Source: Octopus sinensis
Lineage: Eukaryota
Length of the DNA: 64,000 nt
Reading direction: 5' to 3'
Assembly: GCF_006345805.1 (NCBI RefSeq)
Contig: NW_021836294.1
Location: 1-64,000 of the forward strand
The notes beneath the pieces were generated by a model, which worked only from the letters and a program-made list of their open reading frames with translations, was not told where the DNA came from and did not search any database. Positions within the stretch are counted from its first letter, which is position 1. Every line of letters starts with the position of its first letter. A program made the position numbers and the translations under genes. This document shows, piece after piece, positions 1-12,920 of the stretch.

Positions 1-105
1 CTGTCTTTACGTTCTGAGTTCAAATTTCGCCGAGGTCGACTTTGTCTTTCATTTTTTTCGTTGTCGATTAAATAAAGGATTATATTATTATTATTATTAT
101 TATTA
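1..105 (+). mobile_element. SINE-A fragment (B-box region and body, ending in (TTA)n)
   Basis: GTTCTGAGTTCAAATTTCGCCGAGGTCGAC matches the SINE-A body seen many times in the window; cut by the window edge. Confidence 0.7.
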
Positions 106-365
106 TCATCCAAGTACAATTTAGTGTCATATATTGTAATCAAGTTTTTGTTGATGGCACAAATGGTAACGTGCCGAGCAGTCAATAATTTCGTTGATTA
201 ATGACGGATCTAAAATTCCGCCAGTCATCTTCGAAATTGCATTTTGTCCCAATGTCGATCTGTAGTAAATATTTATTATATTCAATCCAATAGGCTACAG
301 TTGTTTCAACACGTAATCTATGTGAGTGTGGAGAAATTTAAACGGGTCAAAGGGTACCCAGTTGA

Positions 366-555
366 CTATAGGCCTGAAATTTGGGGGGAGGGAACAAGTC
401 GATTACATCGACCCCAGTGTTTCATCCTTTCATCCCGAAAGGATAAAAGGCAAAAATCAACCTTGGCGGAATTTGAACCCAGAACGTAGCAACGGGCGAA
501 ATACCACTAAGCATTTAGCCCAGTGCGCTAACGATTCTACCATCTCGCCCGCCTT
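366..555 (-). mobile_element. SINE-A, tail type 1
   Basis: Reverse complement gives head, GGGTTCAAATTCCGCC B-box-like motif and CCCCCCAAATTTCAGGCCTATAG tail. Confidence 0.8.
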
Positions 556-882
556 CCAAAACCTAAATAATTATTTGAGTCAAATGGTTGGTCTTTCATA
601 AGTAGAATTTTCCACTGATGAGGGAAACATCATTATTGGTGGAGAAATTGATGTAGTGATATTCATCTCTTTCACCTAAGATACTGGCCAAGTAAATGAA
701 ATATCTACAACTGAGACACGAACTTGTGTACATGAAAGGCCAACATACTGGTTGAAGTGTGTTTTGAATCTTACCTATGATACTTCATTGAGTTTCCATA
801 TAAAATCTGAAAACGGGTACCATGAGTAGGTGCATTTCGCGAATGAAAGCACATTCAGTGTAGTATCAACATCATAAGCAGA

Positions 883-1188
883 AAGTGTAACCTCTCGAAA
901 GAGCTGTTCTTCACTCCTGCTCCAGAGCGTCGGCTGCGTGGTCACTCCGAAAAGCTCTATCTGCGACGATTTCATCTCAATCAAAGGAGAGGGGCTTTCT
1001 CCGTCCGGGTTGCGGATCCGTGGAATAAGCTGCCGGACGAGATAGTGAAGATGCCGACGACCGCTCGGTTCAAAGTCTCCCTTGACCACAAGTGGCCTGA
1101 ACTCTTTACATGAACACACCCTGTACATAACGCATGTCCCCCTACATGGCCTTGCTTTTTGCTTTTTGAGCCAAAATATTAACTAACT
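883..1188 (+). pseudogene. CR1-clade LINE 3' end (ORF2 C-terminus plus 3' UTR ending in AACT repeats)
   Basis: 883-1113 reads KCNLSKELFFTPAPERRLRGHSEKLYLRRFHLNQRRGAFSVRVADPWNKLPDEIVKMPTTARFKVSLDHKWPELFT*; RGH-x-KL...FS-x-RV...WN-x-LP...FK-xx-LD is the CR1 ORF2 C-terminal signature (no Met, so absent from the ORF track). Confidence 0.8.
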
Positions 1189-1371
1189 GACGTTGGTTTC
1201 GTTAGCAAGAGTTTCTGAGGTCACTCCCTCGTGTAGGTAAATGAAATGAAAGGATGGGCGCAGCCAAGATGAAAGTATTTTGATTACAAACTATATGAAG
1301 CATAAATCCCTCTCCAAACTAATTAGTAACGAGTTTGCCATTAACACTAACAGACCCACCTCGGTATCTTC

Positions 1372-1990
1372 TGTCTTTCAGTCATTAGATTGTGGCCACG
1401 CTGGGGCACCGTCTTTAAGTCGAATAACTGAATCGACCCTAGTACTTCTTTTTTGAAGCATACCACATTCTATCGGTCTCTTTTGCCGAACCGCTAATTT
1501 ACAGGAACGCAAACACAACAGCGGTTGTCAAGCGGTGATAGAAGGACAAACACAATAATATGCGCGCAGCACACACACGCATACATGAAGCATATATGTA
1601 TATAATAATAATAATAATAATGATAATAATAATAATAAAAATGATAATAATAATAATAAAAATGATAATAATAATAATCCCTTAATTTGGCATGTATTAA
1701 TCATGTCAAATGGAGAAATTTTGCATTTAATCGTCATCACTAAATGTCTGGTATATATCTACTTAATCTCCAAAGGAATGAAAGATAAAGCTGACCGCAA
1801 TAATCTCCGGATTGCATGCAACGATATCGTTTTCGTTATGATCACTGGATTTTCAGTTTCCGTCTACCAAATCCACTCACAAGGCTTTGGTCGACCCGAG
1901 GATTTAGTAGAGGTGCCATGTAGTGGGACTGAACCTGGAACCAGGTCGCTGGGAATTAAGCTTCTTACCACAAAACCACGCTTGCGCAAT
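1372..1990 (-). mobile_element. SINE-B with expanded internal microsatellite
   Basis: Tail segment at 1372-1545 and head segment at 1850-1990 match SINE-B. Confidence 0.7.
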
Positions 1991-2145
1991 GTATCATCAA
2001 ACGTTTTGTCGGGTCAGGGATCTCATCACTGGCTGGTGAGACCTGACGAGGAGCGGATAAGCTCCTTGTCGGCCAACAGCCATCAGTTGAGGAGAGCACT
2101 TTAATATCTCTGCCAAGAAAATACAGCGAGAAAGTCAAAATGAAG

Positions 2146-2560
2146 TGAAGCTGACATCATCATTGTTCGACCGTGGTCGAGACAATGGAATTTACCATGC
2201 TACGCCAGACTTCACGGTCCATCATGGCATTATAGAGGTCCTGTTGCTGCTTGCCTGTATCCCTGGAGATTACATCAGGGTGGGAGAGTGTGCGCCCTCT
2301 GGTATTGCGAGTAGATGGCTTCCAAAGGAGAAGAGTAGAAATTACTTCTTTTTCAGCTCTACAACAATGTCCAGCAAACTGGACTCTCCTACCTTTCACA
2401 AGAGATGACACAGGTGGTAGTTTCCCATATATTTGCATTTTGGTTGGATGGCGCTTCCACGAGAGATTTTGAGCTCTCATAAGGAGGCGAGTGTAGGTTC
2501 CATCCAACCGCCTCTCAAGCTTCTTTGATAACGTCCAGGAAGCTGTGGTTTCCTCCATTG
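2146..2560 (-). pseudogene. RTE-clade LINE 3' fragment (ORF2 C-terminus)
   Basis: ORF 2160-2558: SWTLSKKLERRLDGTYTRLLMRAQNLSWKRHPT...RRVQFAGHCCR...MMDREVWR, typical RTE C-terminus. Confidence 0.85.
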
Positions 2561-2988
2561 AGAGAACTCTAGATGAATCAGGGAAGGCGTAGTGTCATCC
2601 ACGCGATGCAAAAGACGTTCGTTACGACGCCTATGACAATCATCAAACAACCAACGTAGATTATAAAATCTAACGGAAGGGCGTCGCCCACCCTAAAATG
2701 GTTCAAGGGTAAAGTTTTGGCGGAATTCATGCGGGTTTATATATTCAAACCGGAGTCTGTGTTCCCTGTGCGTTCACATGTTATCGTCTTAGTAAATATT
2801 CATATGAATTTACTCAGACATAAATTTCATCTGTCAATAAAAGCATATCCAAGTCGAGGCAACGGCCTCTTTCTGAAAACAGAATCATATATATATAATA
2901 TATAATATATATTATATATATATATATATATAGATATGTATGTGTGTGTGGTGGTGTGTGTGTGTGTGTGGTGTGTGTGTGTGTTGTT

Positions 2989-3288
2989 GAGGCGCAATGG
3001 CCCAGTGGTTAGGGCAGCGCACTCGCGGTCGTAGGATCGCGGTTTCGATTCCTAGGCCGGGCGTTGTGAGTGTTTATTGAGCGAAAACACCTAAAAGCTC
3101 CACAAGGCTCCGGCAGGGGTTGGTGGCGATCCCTGCTGTACTCTTTCGCCACTCTTTCTCCCACTCTTTCTTCTGTTGGCCTGCTCGCTTAGCCAACGGG
3201 GTGGCGTCATTCGAAGGCTAAAACAATGCGAACGCATTGTGACCAGCGATGTGTAACAACATCTGGTGGTCTGGTTGGTCACGTGATA
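2989..3288 (+). mobile_element. SINE-C (tRNA-derived head, tail C)
   Basis: A-box TGGCCCAGTGG, B-box GGTTTCGATTCC, body CACCTAAAAGCTCCAC, tail ending GGTCACGTGATA. Confidence 0.85.
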
Positions 3289-4018
3289 TATATAAATATA
3301 GTGTGTGTGTGTATACATACACACGTAATTAGGATAAAATCATTATTTAATGATTTATCAGTGGTCAGCAGACTAAAATTACCATAATTGTTAATATATA
3401 CATATATGTAACACACACACACACACATATATATATGCGTGTGTATGTGTGTGCGCATGTCCACACACACACACACATGTATTATGTATGTGTATGTATG
3501 TGCATGAATGTGTGCGCGTGCGCGCATGTGTGTGAGTATAAAAGATATATATGTATGCATGTGTATGAATATATATATATGTATATATATAAATACATGT
3601 ATATGCAATGTATCATCGTCATAATAACCATCATCATATCATCATCACCACCATCAATGACAGCATCGTCATCATCATCATCATCATTAACACGATCGTC
3701 GTCATGCCTTGGCATATTTGGGTGGGTGGGTGGGTGCCGGGTTTGACAATTCTTCTTGCTTTTGGAGTTTCGTTTATCATTCAAGCTCTCTGGAGATTCA
3801 ATTACGTCTCTGTGGCCTCGTACCTTCTCTGTCAACACAAACATCATCAGACAATCCCCACACATCCACACACAAACACACGCGCACACCACGACCCTTT
3901 CACAGCATATCTATATGTAAATTATCTGTCTGGTCTACATACGTACACAGAGCATACCCTACACTGACATCTTAGTAACGCTTCCGACACCAATCTGCTT
4001 GAGACAACATCAGATACC

Positions 4019-4608
4019 TATTTCTTTATAACCCACAAGGGGCTAAACATAGAGGGGACAAACAAGGATAGACAGAGGTATTAAGTCAATTACATCGACC
4101 CCAGTGCATAACTGGTACTTAATTTATCGACCCCGAAAGGATGAAAGGCAAAGTCGACCTCGGTGGAATTTGAACTCAGAACGTAAAGACAGACGAAATA
4201 CCTATTTCTTTATTACCCACAAGGGGCTAAACATAGAGGGGACAAACAAGGACAGACAGAGGTATTAAGTCAATTACATCGACTCCAGTGCATAACTGGT
4301 ACTAATGTTACACGACCCGAAAGGATGAAAGGCAAAGTCGACCCGGCGGAATTTGAACTCAGAACGTAAAGACAGACGAAATACCTATTTCTTTATTACC
4401 CACAAGGGGCTAAATACAGAGGGGACAAACAAGGATAGACAGAGGTATTAAGTCAATTACATCGACCCCACTGCATAACTGGTACTTAATTTATCGACTC
4501 CGAAAGGATGAAAGGCAAAGTCGACCTCGGCGGAATTTGAACTCAGAACGTAAAGACAGACGAAATACCGCTAAGCATTTCGCCTGGCATGCTAACATTT
4601 CTGCCAGC
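4019..4608 (-). mobile_element. SINE-A trimer: head + 3 x ~180 bp
   Basis: Three tandem units joined at AAGAAATAG|GTATTTCG; TCAGATACC duplicated at 4010-4018 and 4609-4617. Confidence 0.9.
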
Positions 4609-4651
4609 TCAGATACCATGGCGCAAATTTCTTGTTTTTATCGTCTTCGTT

Positions 4652-4830
4652 TTTCTAGTTTCAGTCATTAGACTGCGGCCATGCCGGAGCACAGCCGTGA
4701 AGAACTTTAGTCGAACGAATCAATTTTATCGTTCCATTTTACCGAAAGTTAGGATTCCGAGGACGTAAACACAGACACCGGTTTTCGAGCGGCGATGGGG
4801 CACAAACACAGGTACAAAAGCACACAGACT
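4652..4830 (-). mobile_element. SINE-B 3' half, degraded
   Basis: TTTCAGTCATTAGACTGCGGCCATGC...CGTAAACAC matches the SINE-B tail. Confidence 0.65.
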
Positions 4831-4865
4831 TAAAGAATAAATTAACTAGAAATTTTGATGAACTT

Positions 4866-5168
4866 GGTTCTTCCTCCTCGAGCCATACCTGGCTCATAAG
4901 GCTGGTTTCCCGGTTTCCTTGGCGTATAGGTTCCCCACCTGGATGGGACACCGGTCCGCCGCAGATGAGCTACAAGATGCAGGAGAAAAGAGTGAAAGAA
5001 AGTTGTGGAGAAAGAGTCAGCAGAAGTCTTGCCATTACCTTCTGCCGGAGCCGCATGGAGCTTAGATGTTTCGCTCATAAACACACACATCGCCCGGTCT
5101 GGGATTCGAACTCGCGATCCCTCGACAGCGAGTCCGCTGCTCTAACCACTAGGCCGTGTGCTTCCACT
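4866..5168 (-). mobile_element. SINE-D (SINE-C-type head, tail D)
   Basis: Reverse complement: GGCCTAGTGGTTAGAGCAGCGG...GAGTTCGAATCCC; tail GGAAACCGGGAAACCAGCCTTATGAGCC. Confidence 0.85.
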
Positions 5169-5352
5169 TTGATGAAATTACTGATTGAAATTGCTTTAAT
5201 AGGCGCAGGCTTAGCTGAGCAGTTATTTCACAACCACAACGTTCCGGTTCAGCATTACTGCGTGGTACCTTGAGCAAGAACCTCCTACTTTCACCATTGG
5301 ATTTGGTAGACGGAAACTCAAAGAAGCCCGTCGTGTATATATATGCGTGCAT

Positions 5353-5387
<35 letters not shown>

Positions 5388-5460
5388 CATATATTCATAC
5401 GTTTATACATATATATATGTACTTTATATTTATATATACATACATACGTTTATACATATA

Positions 5461-5846
5461 CTAGCAGTATCGCCCGGCGTTGCTCGGGTTTGTAAGGGAA
5501 ATAACTATATAAGCATTTTTAGAGAGTTATAGCCAAAAAAATAGCAAAAAAATGCATTAAAAATTGAAAAAAAATTAAGGTAAATTTTTTTTAAATCGTT
5601 GACACATCGTAGATATTTTTAGAGAGTTACTTCCCTTATATAAAAGCGAAAAATGGAAAAATATGATGGTAAATTTTTTTTAAATCGTAGACTCATCGTA
5701 GACGCACGCTAATACCCAGAAGGGCTCGATATGAATCACGACTATAAGATACTCGCTTTTGGTTAAACTGCACCGCAAATGTGGGAGTAGTTAGGAATCT
5801 AAATCGTAGGAGGAGACAGACACACAACTTCACTCTTATATAAAGA
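5461..5846 (-). mobile_element. Non-autonomous Helitron (internal type I)
   Basis: Minus strand reads A|TCTTTATATA ... hairpin CCCGAGCAACGCCGGG ... CTAG|T, no TSD: canonical Helitron ends. Confidence 0.85.
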
Positions 5847-5849
5847 TGC

Positions 5850-6174
5850 TTTTTTTTTTTCAGTCATAGAGTTAGATTTATGAAGGTCTTCAGTAGAAAA
5901 TCCTTCGAATTCTGACTCGCTGCTTGATATAATGAAATCGTATCCATTTTTTGTCAGAATTACAAATTTTGAAAACACAATAGGAACAAATTTCGGAAAA
6001 AAATCTCCATAATTCACGGAATTAAAATTACACTTCGATTTTTGTACAAAACTATAGTTGAAGTGTTACGAAGTATAATACGTGTTTTCACGAATGTACT
6101 AAAGAGATTTGCTCTGATATTCTCATTTAAATATGAATAGGTAAATTCGGGCGGCTTGGTAACGAAAGGGTTAA
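5850..6174 (-). mobile_element. Possible piggyBac-like end
   Basis: GGTAACGAAAGGG-TTAA at 6158-6174 (CCC-type TIR plus TTAA); minus ORF 5799-6017 has acidic SSSESEFEGF stretch; other end not found. Confidence 0.4.
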
Positions 6175-7067
6175 ACGGATGCATACATTTATTAATCCTT
6201 ATTATAATAACTATATATAAGTGTCGTCTGTTTATACATAAACACTGTTTCATACTGCAATTATATATACATATATCTATATATAATATTATATAATAAA
6301 ATATATACAGAGTAAAATAAAAACCAATTTACCTTTTCTGTATTGTTAAGCAATTCCACCGTCCGTGTGTCTTGCAAATGTGTTGGAATGATAAGTGAGT
6401 TGTGTTTTGGCGCCTTTTTTACTATAACAAACACACACGTGTTTGTATGTAGTTGTATGTGTATGTAGTTGTATATGTATGTGTATGCGGGTGTGTGAGG
6501 AATGACACACACACACTCACGCACGCACACATGTACATCAATGCTTTCGTAGTGATATGTTAAAATATTGAGTTTTCTCGAATTTTGTCTTAATGGGTGG
6601 TAAAATTGAAAGAAATTTTTTATGGCATCACCACTGAAGTACTCTGAAAAATCATGGGTACACTCTAATTGAAAAATTGTGTGAGGAGTAAATCGTTATG
6701 TATTTATTTGTTTCTGTTTGCTGTTTTTTTTATTTTTTGAGTAGTGTGTTTAAATACTTCAGTTTATTCTTCCTCAAATCACTCTGTCGCTATTTACTTT
6801 CATTTTATTCGTTGCACACTGTGGTGTTGCGTTTGCGTGTGCTGTAAACCAGACTAAGAAAAGCATTTGACATACACACCAGAATGTGAGTTTTCTGTAA
6901 ATTTTGCTTAATTTGAGTTTAAATTTTAAAAACTGGACCTGGCATGACCGATGCATTCTACTCTTAAAATGGTAGGTAAATTGTAATTGAAGAAATCCTA
7001 TATTGTAGATTTCTATAACTTACAAAGGGAGGCAGATAAAATCTGCCTTTTATAATAAGAGATATAT

Positions 7068-7190
7068 ATCTATGTACTTTATATTTATATATACATACGT
7101 TTATACATATATACATATATCTATGTACTTTATATTTATATATATACATACGTTTATACATATATACATATATCTATGTACTTTATATAT
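7068..7190. repeat. ~52-bp AT-rich tandem repeat (about 2.5 copies)
   Basis: TATCTATGTACTTTATATTTATATATACATACGTTTATACATATATACATA repeated; related sequence at 5400-5460. Confidence 0.6.
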
Positions 7191-7473
7191 ATATATATAT
7201 ATATATTTATATACGTTAATACACACACACACACACAAACATATATTATATATATATATTATATATATATATATGTGTGTGGGTGTGTGTGTACTTTACA
7301 TATATATTATGTTCCTTTATAAAGGCAGCCACAAAATCACATGTTCAACTGCAGTTCAAACCCCAATTTCAGAGGTATGCCTAATTGATACAGCAGAATG
7401 CGTACCTATTATTTTGAGTCGCCCTAACGACAACTCCTCGTATCACACACACACACGTTCGTACTATTATTAA

Positions 7474-7883
7474 GGCAGCGAGCTGGTAGAAACGTTAGCA
7501 CGCCAGGCGAAATGCTTTGTGGTATTTCGTCTGCCGCTACGCTCTGAGTTCAAATTCCGCCGAAATCGACTTTGCCTTTCATCCTTTCGGAGTCGATTAA
7601 ATAAGTACCAGTTACGCACTGGGGTTGATATAATCGACTTAATCCATTTATCTGTCCTTGTTTGACCCTTCTGTGTTTAGCCCCTCGTGGGTAGTAAAGA
7701 AATAGGTATTTCGTCTGCCGTTACGTTCTGAGTTCAAATTCCGCCGAGGTCGACTTTGCCTTTCATCCTTTCGGGGTCGATTAAATAAGTACCAGTTACG
7801 CACTGGGGTAGATATAATCGACTCAATCCGTTTAACTGTCCTTGTTTGTCCCCTCTGTGTTTGGCCCCTTGTGGGCAATAAAG
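7474..7883 (+). mobile_element. SINE-A dimer
   Basis: Head, body, tail 2, junction GAAATAG|GTATTTCG near 7706, second unit. Confidence 0.85.
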
Positions 7884-8329
7884 GTTCTACGCTCAAATCC
7901 AGACAGGCTACGTTCCAAGTTCGAATCCCGCTTAATCCTTTCGTGATCGATAAACTAACCACTAATCAAACACTAGGGGCAATGTCATCAACTAGCCCCC
8001 TCCCCACGAATTTCAGGCATTGTGCCCAGAATAGAAAGGATATTTTTAACGACATACTGTTGACGAGAAAGCCTAGATCCAACGATTAGGCTCACGGCGA
8101 GGAGGGGGCCGTGTAAGAGTTGTAATTTAATACCCAAGGTTTCTCCGTCATTGATAAAAGATAAACTAAAAGAATTGAGCTTCGTATAGCCCACCGCCGC
8201 CGCCGCACCCGCCCTGTAACATGTAACTAACTCGCCACACAGACTTCGCTGCGCAATGCGGGAGATGGCGTGCGGACACGCACACACACACGCATACATT
8301 ACATATATATACTTAAGTATAAACCTATT

Positions 8330-8640
8330 TATGTATACATATGTGTATAATATATATATAATATATATATATTATATATATATATATATATACGTATGTA
8401 CATATTTATGTATATATACATGTGTGTGTGTATATATATACATATATATACATATTTATGTATATATACATATGTGTGTATATATATATATGCATATATA
8501 TACATATGTGTGTGTTATATATATATATATATATATAATATATGCATATATATGTGTGTGTGGCATATATATATATATATACACATTTATGTATATATGC
8601 ATATGTATATATATACATATTTATGCACACATATACACAC
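8330..8640. repeat. Compound (TA)n/(TG)n microsatellite
   Basis: Direct inspection; source of the spurious Y/I-rich ORFs. Confidence 0.9.
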
Positions 8641-8889
8641 ACAAATATGCAAGAATAACATACGTAGACTTGGGGGCGGGTGTCGTGCTGCCAGATAAAA
8701 GAACCGACACACGCAACTACAATAACAACGCCAATAACAGCAAAAAACGATGCGGGAGTTTCTTACTAGTAGTAGTATTAGTAGTACTAGTAGTAGTAGT
8801 AGTTGCTGTGCCTTACCAGGTACACTACTGTTCTGTATGACTCAGGTGCATGCACTCTTATACTACTACTACTAGTAGTAATAGTAGTA

Positions 8890-9775
8890 GTTTCTACTAT
8901 AGACACAAGGCCTGAATTTTGGGCGAAGGGGCTTCTTATTGATTACATCGACCTTAGTGTTCAAGTGGTTTTTACTTTATCGATCTGGAAAAGATGACAA
9001 GCAAAATCGACTTCAGCGGAATTTGAACTCAGAACTAAAATTGGACGAAATGCTGCTAAGCAATATTTGTCTGACACGCTAATGATTATGCCGACTCGTT
9101 AATCTAATAATAATAATAATAATAATATCCATTCATGAATTTATTTATCTTGTGAAAACAACATCCATTCATGAATTCATTGATTTATTAATTTTTTTAG
9201 ATACGTATTTTACCTGTGAATTTGCGTGTGTAATCTGGGAATGCATACAATGAGCTTCACTGCCCTAGGTGTACGGAAAACACCCGGCGAGAAATGTAAG
9301 AAAATTTGAAGAAAGTAGAAAAAATAATAATAATGGTTTCAAATTTTGCCACAGGGGCAGCAATTTATAGGGAGGGAATGAGTCGACCCCAGTATTTCAC
9401 TGGTAGTCAATTTATCGGCACCGAAACGATGAAAGGTAAAGTCGACCTCGGCGGAATTTGAACTTAGAACACGCGGATAGATGAAATGCCACAAAGCATG
9501 ACAGCCGTCGTGCTTAGGATTCTTCCAGCTCGATCCTTAAATAATAATAATCCTTTCTACAATAGGCACAAGGCCTGATATTTTGAGGGGGAGGGGGGAG
9601 ATTCGATTACATTGACCACAGTATTCAACTGGTACTTTTCTTTTACCGACCTAGAAACGATGAAAGGCAAAGTCGACCTCGGCGGAATTTTAACTTAGAG
9701 CGTGAAGAAGGACAAAATGCCGCTAAGCATTTTGCCCGACACGCTAACGATTCTGCCAGCTTGCCGCTTCGCTTT
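8890..9775 (-). mobile_element. Three diverged SINE-A copies (tail type 1) among (AAT)n/(TAG)n tracts
   Basis: Copies at about 8890-9110, 9330-9540, 9548-9770, each with GGCGGAATTTGAACT (reverse-complement B-box region). Confidence 0.75.
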
Positions 9776-9809
9776 AACAACAACAACAATAATAATAATA
9801 AGGTAGTGG

Positions 9810-10340
9810 CTCCTGATCTTAACTGATTGGAAGTGTTATCATGTACATTGTTTTGTCTTGGTATAAAAGATGGGCTACAGTAAATATTCTGCTCAGTACC
9901 ACAGATTTGCTTGTCAGTTGTTTGACCTTAACCAGTTGACCATGTCCCTTAGTGGCTGACGATATGTGCATCTCTGATCACGAGCAGAAGTAGTGGGGGA
10001 GCCTCATAGCTGTATGTAGAGAGGAATTCTTAGAGGTATGGATAATTCACCTCTGGAAACATGGGTGTTTCGTTCAACATCTTTAAAAAACCCTTATTCA
10101 GTGACCGTTTGAGAGCGATGGGTTACTCAACCAGAAGAAAATTCTAACTGGGCCCCACTTGCAAGGTCATGCGCTGCTTATCTTGATATGAGACCACCAT
10201 GTCGCGCACATATGGTTGTGATGCATGTGCTTGGTGTACCCTTGTCAGATGGGTAGTCATGATTGGTATACTGGGCTTCGTATATTTTACCCCAGGGTCA
10301 CTTTGATGGCATGCACTGCTCTCTGACTCAATAACAATAA
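9810..10340 (+). mobile_element. Probable retroelement 3' fragment ending in an AAT-rich tail
   Basis: ~500 bp non-simple sequence ending ...GCACTGCTCTCTGACTCAATAACAATAATAAT; single copy here, family not assigned. Confidence 0.35.
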
Positions 10341-10550
10341 TAATGGTTTCAAATTTTGATATCAGGCCAACAGTTTTGAGAGAAGAAGCAAGTCGATTCC
10401 ATCGGCCCCTAGTGCTTCATTGTTATTTTATCGACTTCGAAAAGATGAAAGCAAAGTCGGCATCAGCGGAATTTGACTTCAGAACTTACAGAGTCAGAAA
10501 AAAAGCCGTTTAGCATCTTTTGCCAACGTGCTAGCGTTTCTATCAGCTCA
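10335..10550 (-). mobile_element. Diverged SINE-A
   Basis: GATGAAAGCAAAGTCGGCATCAGCGGAATTTGAC matches the SINE-A body. Confidence 0.65.
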
Positions 10551-10598
10551 CATCTTTTCGTTTTTCCAAATTTCGATACAAAGGCAGCAATTTTTGTG

Positions 10599-10722
10599 TG
10601 GCTCCCGATTGACAAAAATGACCCAAAATGTTTTAACTTAAAAAAGTTTTAACTTTATTGATTTGTAACAAAAATGAATTTCATGTCAATAATTACCATA
10701 CAAAACTACATCAGTACACCAG
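10599..10722 (+). repeat. Dispersed repeat fragment (second copy 12065-12192), probable DNA-transposon relic
   Basis: GGCTCCCGATTGACAAAAATGAC...CCATACAAAACTACATCAGTACACC present twice; inverted piece near 11280. Confidence 0.5.
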
Positions 10723-10974
10723 ATATTTAAAGTATTTCATTTTGTCGACAAAGATTTGCTTCGCAGATGGATACCTTTATTTGTGATCCTATTTAAGAAG
10801 GTTCTTCTGTCGGCCATCGTAGGTGGCATGTAAGCAATTTATGTGTTATACTTGCAGAAATTTTCCGTAGAAGGTGATACCAAAGTTCCCAAGTAGGTTC
10901 AAATTACCGTGACTGAAATAGAGCCGAACCAACTGTAAAACGGTAACCATGTATAGATATAACCTGTCTAGCTG

Positions 10975-11180
10975 CAAGGTGCAGCGAGTTGGGAGGGTCG
11001 TTAGCCCGTTGGACAAAATGCTCAGCAATATTTCTCTTGGCTCTAATGCCCTAAATTCAAATCTTGCTGGTGTCAACTGAGCCTTTCAGTCCTTCAGAAA
11101 CGATAAAATAAAGTACCACTGACGCACTGGAGTCGATGTAATTGACTTGTCCCCTCAGATCAAATTTGATGGCTTTGAAT
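10975..11180 (+). mobile_element. Diverged SINE-A
   Basis: GCAGCGAGTTGG...CGTTAGC...AATTCAAATCTT...ACGCACTGGAGTCGATGTAATTGAC. Confidence 0.6.
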
Positions 11181-11507
11181 CCTACAACAGCCCGGCGTCC
11201 CGTCCAAGAATATTGGGAGCTTTTCTGATTGGCTCCACTTTTTGAAATTTTAAAATTAAGTAAAATTTTTGAAATTGGGTGTACTGATGTAATTTTTCAT
11301 GCTGAATCTCAGGGTCTAATTCACTTGTTCCAGGAAATTTTTTTTAAATGTGACAAAGGTTTAAAGTTTGATTATTTTTACCCAGTCAGAAAACAAGATT
11401 TGGAAGATGTCATTTTGTACGTGGCTGCAGTCGTAAGACGACAAAGAATTGCAACGATAACAGGTGTTTTAAGCATTTAATGGGCGAAAATGACCGAAAA
11501 AAAAACA

Positions 11508-11870
11508 GACGCAGGAGTGGCTGTGCGCTAAGTAGCTTGCTTACCAATCACAAGGTTCCGGATTCATTCCCTCTGCGTGTCTTCTACTATAGCCTCGGGC
11601 CGACCAAAGCCATGTGAATGGATTTGGTAGACGGAAACTGAAAGAAGCCCGTCGTATATATATGTATGTGTGTGTGTGTTTGTCCCCCACCAATATCGCT
11701 TGACAACTGATGGTGGTGTGTTCAAGTCCCCGTCACTTAACGGTTCGACAAAAGAGACCGATAGAATAAGCACTAGGCTTCCAAAGAAATACTCCTGGGG
11801 TCGATTTGCTCGACTAAAGGCGGTGCTCCAGCATGGCCACAGTCAAATGACTGAAACAAGTAAAAGAGTA
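11508..11870 (+). mobile_element. SINE-B, near full length
   Basis: GCAGGAGTGGCTGTG head, GGATTTGGTAGACGGAAACTG core, internal (TA)(TG) tract, GACTGAAACAAGTAAAAGAGTA tail. Confidence 0.85.
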
Positions 11871-12920
11871 ACCCCTACTTTGTAGTTTAAGCATTCAATA
11901 TGCATTCAGTGCGAAGAGAAAGAGTAAGCAACACATCTTGTAGCTTTAAGAGCAGAAAAAAATTTGTAAACAAATGAAATATTTCGTAATCATGCATTTT
12001 TTGTTTGTTTTATGCCAGCGCTTGGTTTGCTACTATGGAAACAGGCACCTACCTATATGTCTGAGGCTCCCGATTGACAAAAATGACAATAAAATTTTTC
12101 AACTTAAAAAAATTTTTATTCTATTTATTGGTTTGTAGCAAAAATGAATTTCGTGTCAATAATTACCATACAAAACTACATCAGTACACCAAAATTTGAA
12201 ATCAGTTGAAGCAAAACTGAAGAAATTAAAAAGTAGCAGTCAAACAGCAAAGATCCGAATATTGGGACCTCGATTACGTCTATACCCTGGAAAATGACCT
12301 TGTGAGTCAGAGGGCACGAGAAGAAAAAAAGACTAACAGCAAACATGTATCATGCAAAATTTTTTTTAAAGTACCTAATTACTAGTGTGTACTATGGGGT
12401 AATTACTCCTTATTTAGCTTTAATCAGGGACCAAGTAAATTTAGTAATATATTCATGTAACATCAGCGATAAGGTGTACTTAACTGTAAATATGTTCCGT
12501 GGGGAGACGCAGTTTATTGCTGCAGTGAAAGGAGGGAAAACTTTATTTAACTTAACATGCTGAGCTCTTAGTCCTTACATTAACATGACAGACAAAAAGA
12601 AAATTCCCCACCACCCAAAGAAATCTAGAAACCGGAGGGACCAAAATAATCTAATTTTAACGTTCTATTATAGGCAAAACCGATGACAACAACAACGACG
12701 ACGACGATGATGATGATGGTGGTGGTGTTGGTGGTGGTGATGATAATTACTGCAGCAGAGACAACAACATATGTTTAGCATGCTAGTATTGTGCTGTAGA
12801 CGAACACAATCTTTTAACTTCAAACCAACCCCGCTGATTCACCAGTTGCAAGCTACACCGTATAGGTGTGCATCGTTAACAACGCGTGTGTACGTCTTTA
12901 CACACCTACACTCTCTCTTT

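Noticed and set aside
608-630. CTGATGAG-GGAAAC hammerhead-like core
   Set aside because: No stem II between the motifs and no pairing for stems I and III.
775-1128. Minus-strand 117-aa ORF as a gene
   Set aside because: It is largely the antisense of the CR1 ORF2 C-terminus on the plus strand.
2010-2070. CTGACGAG-GAGC/GCTC hairpin resembling a hammerhead
   Set aside because: GAAA does not follow stem II, and the CUGA is sequestered in another hairpin.
2989-3062. tRNA genes at the SINE-C/D/E/B heads
   Set aside because: A and B boxes are present but no complete acceptor stem, and each head runs into a shared repeat body and tail.
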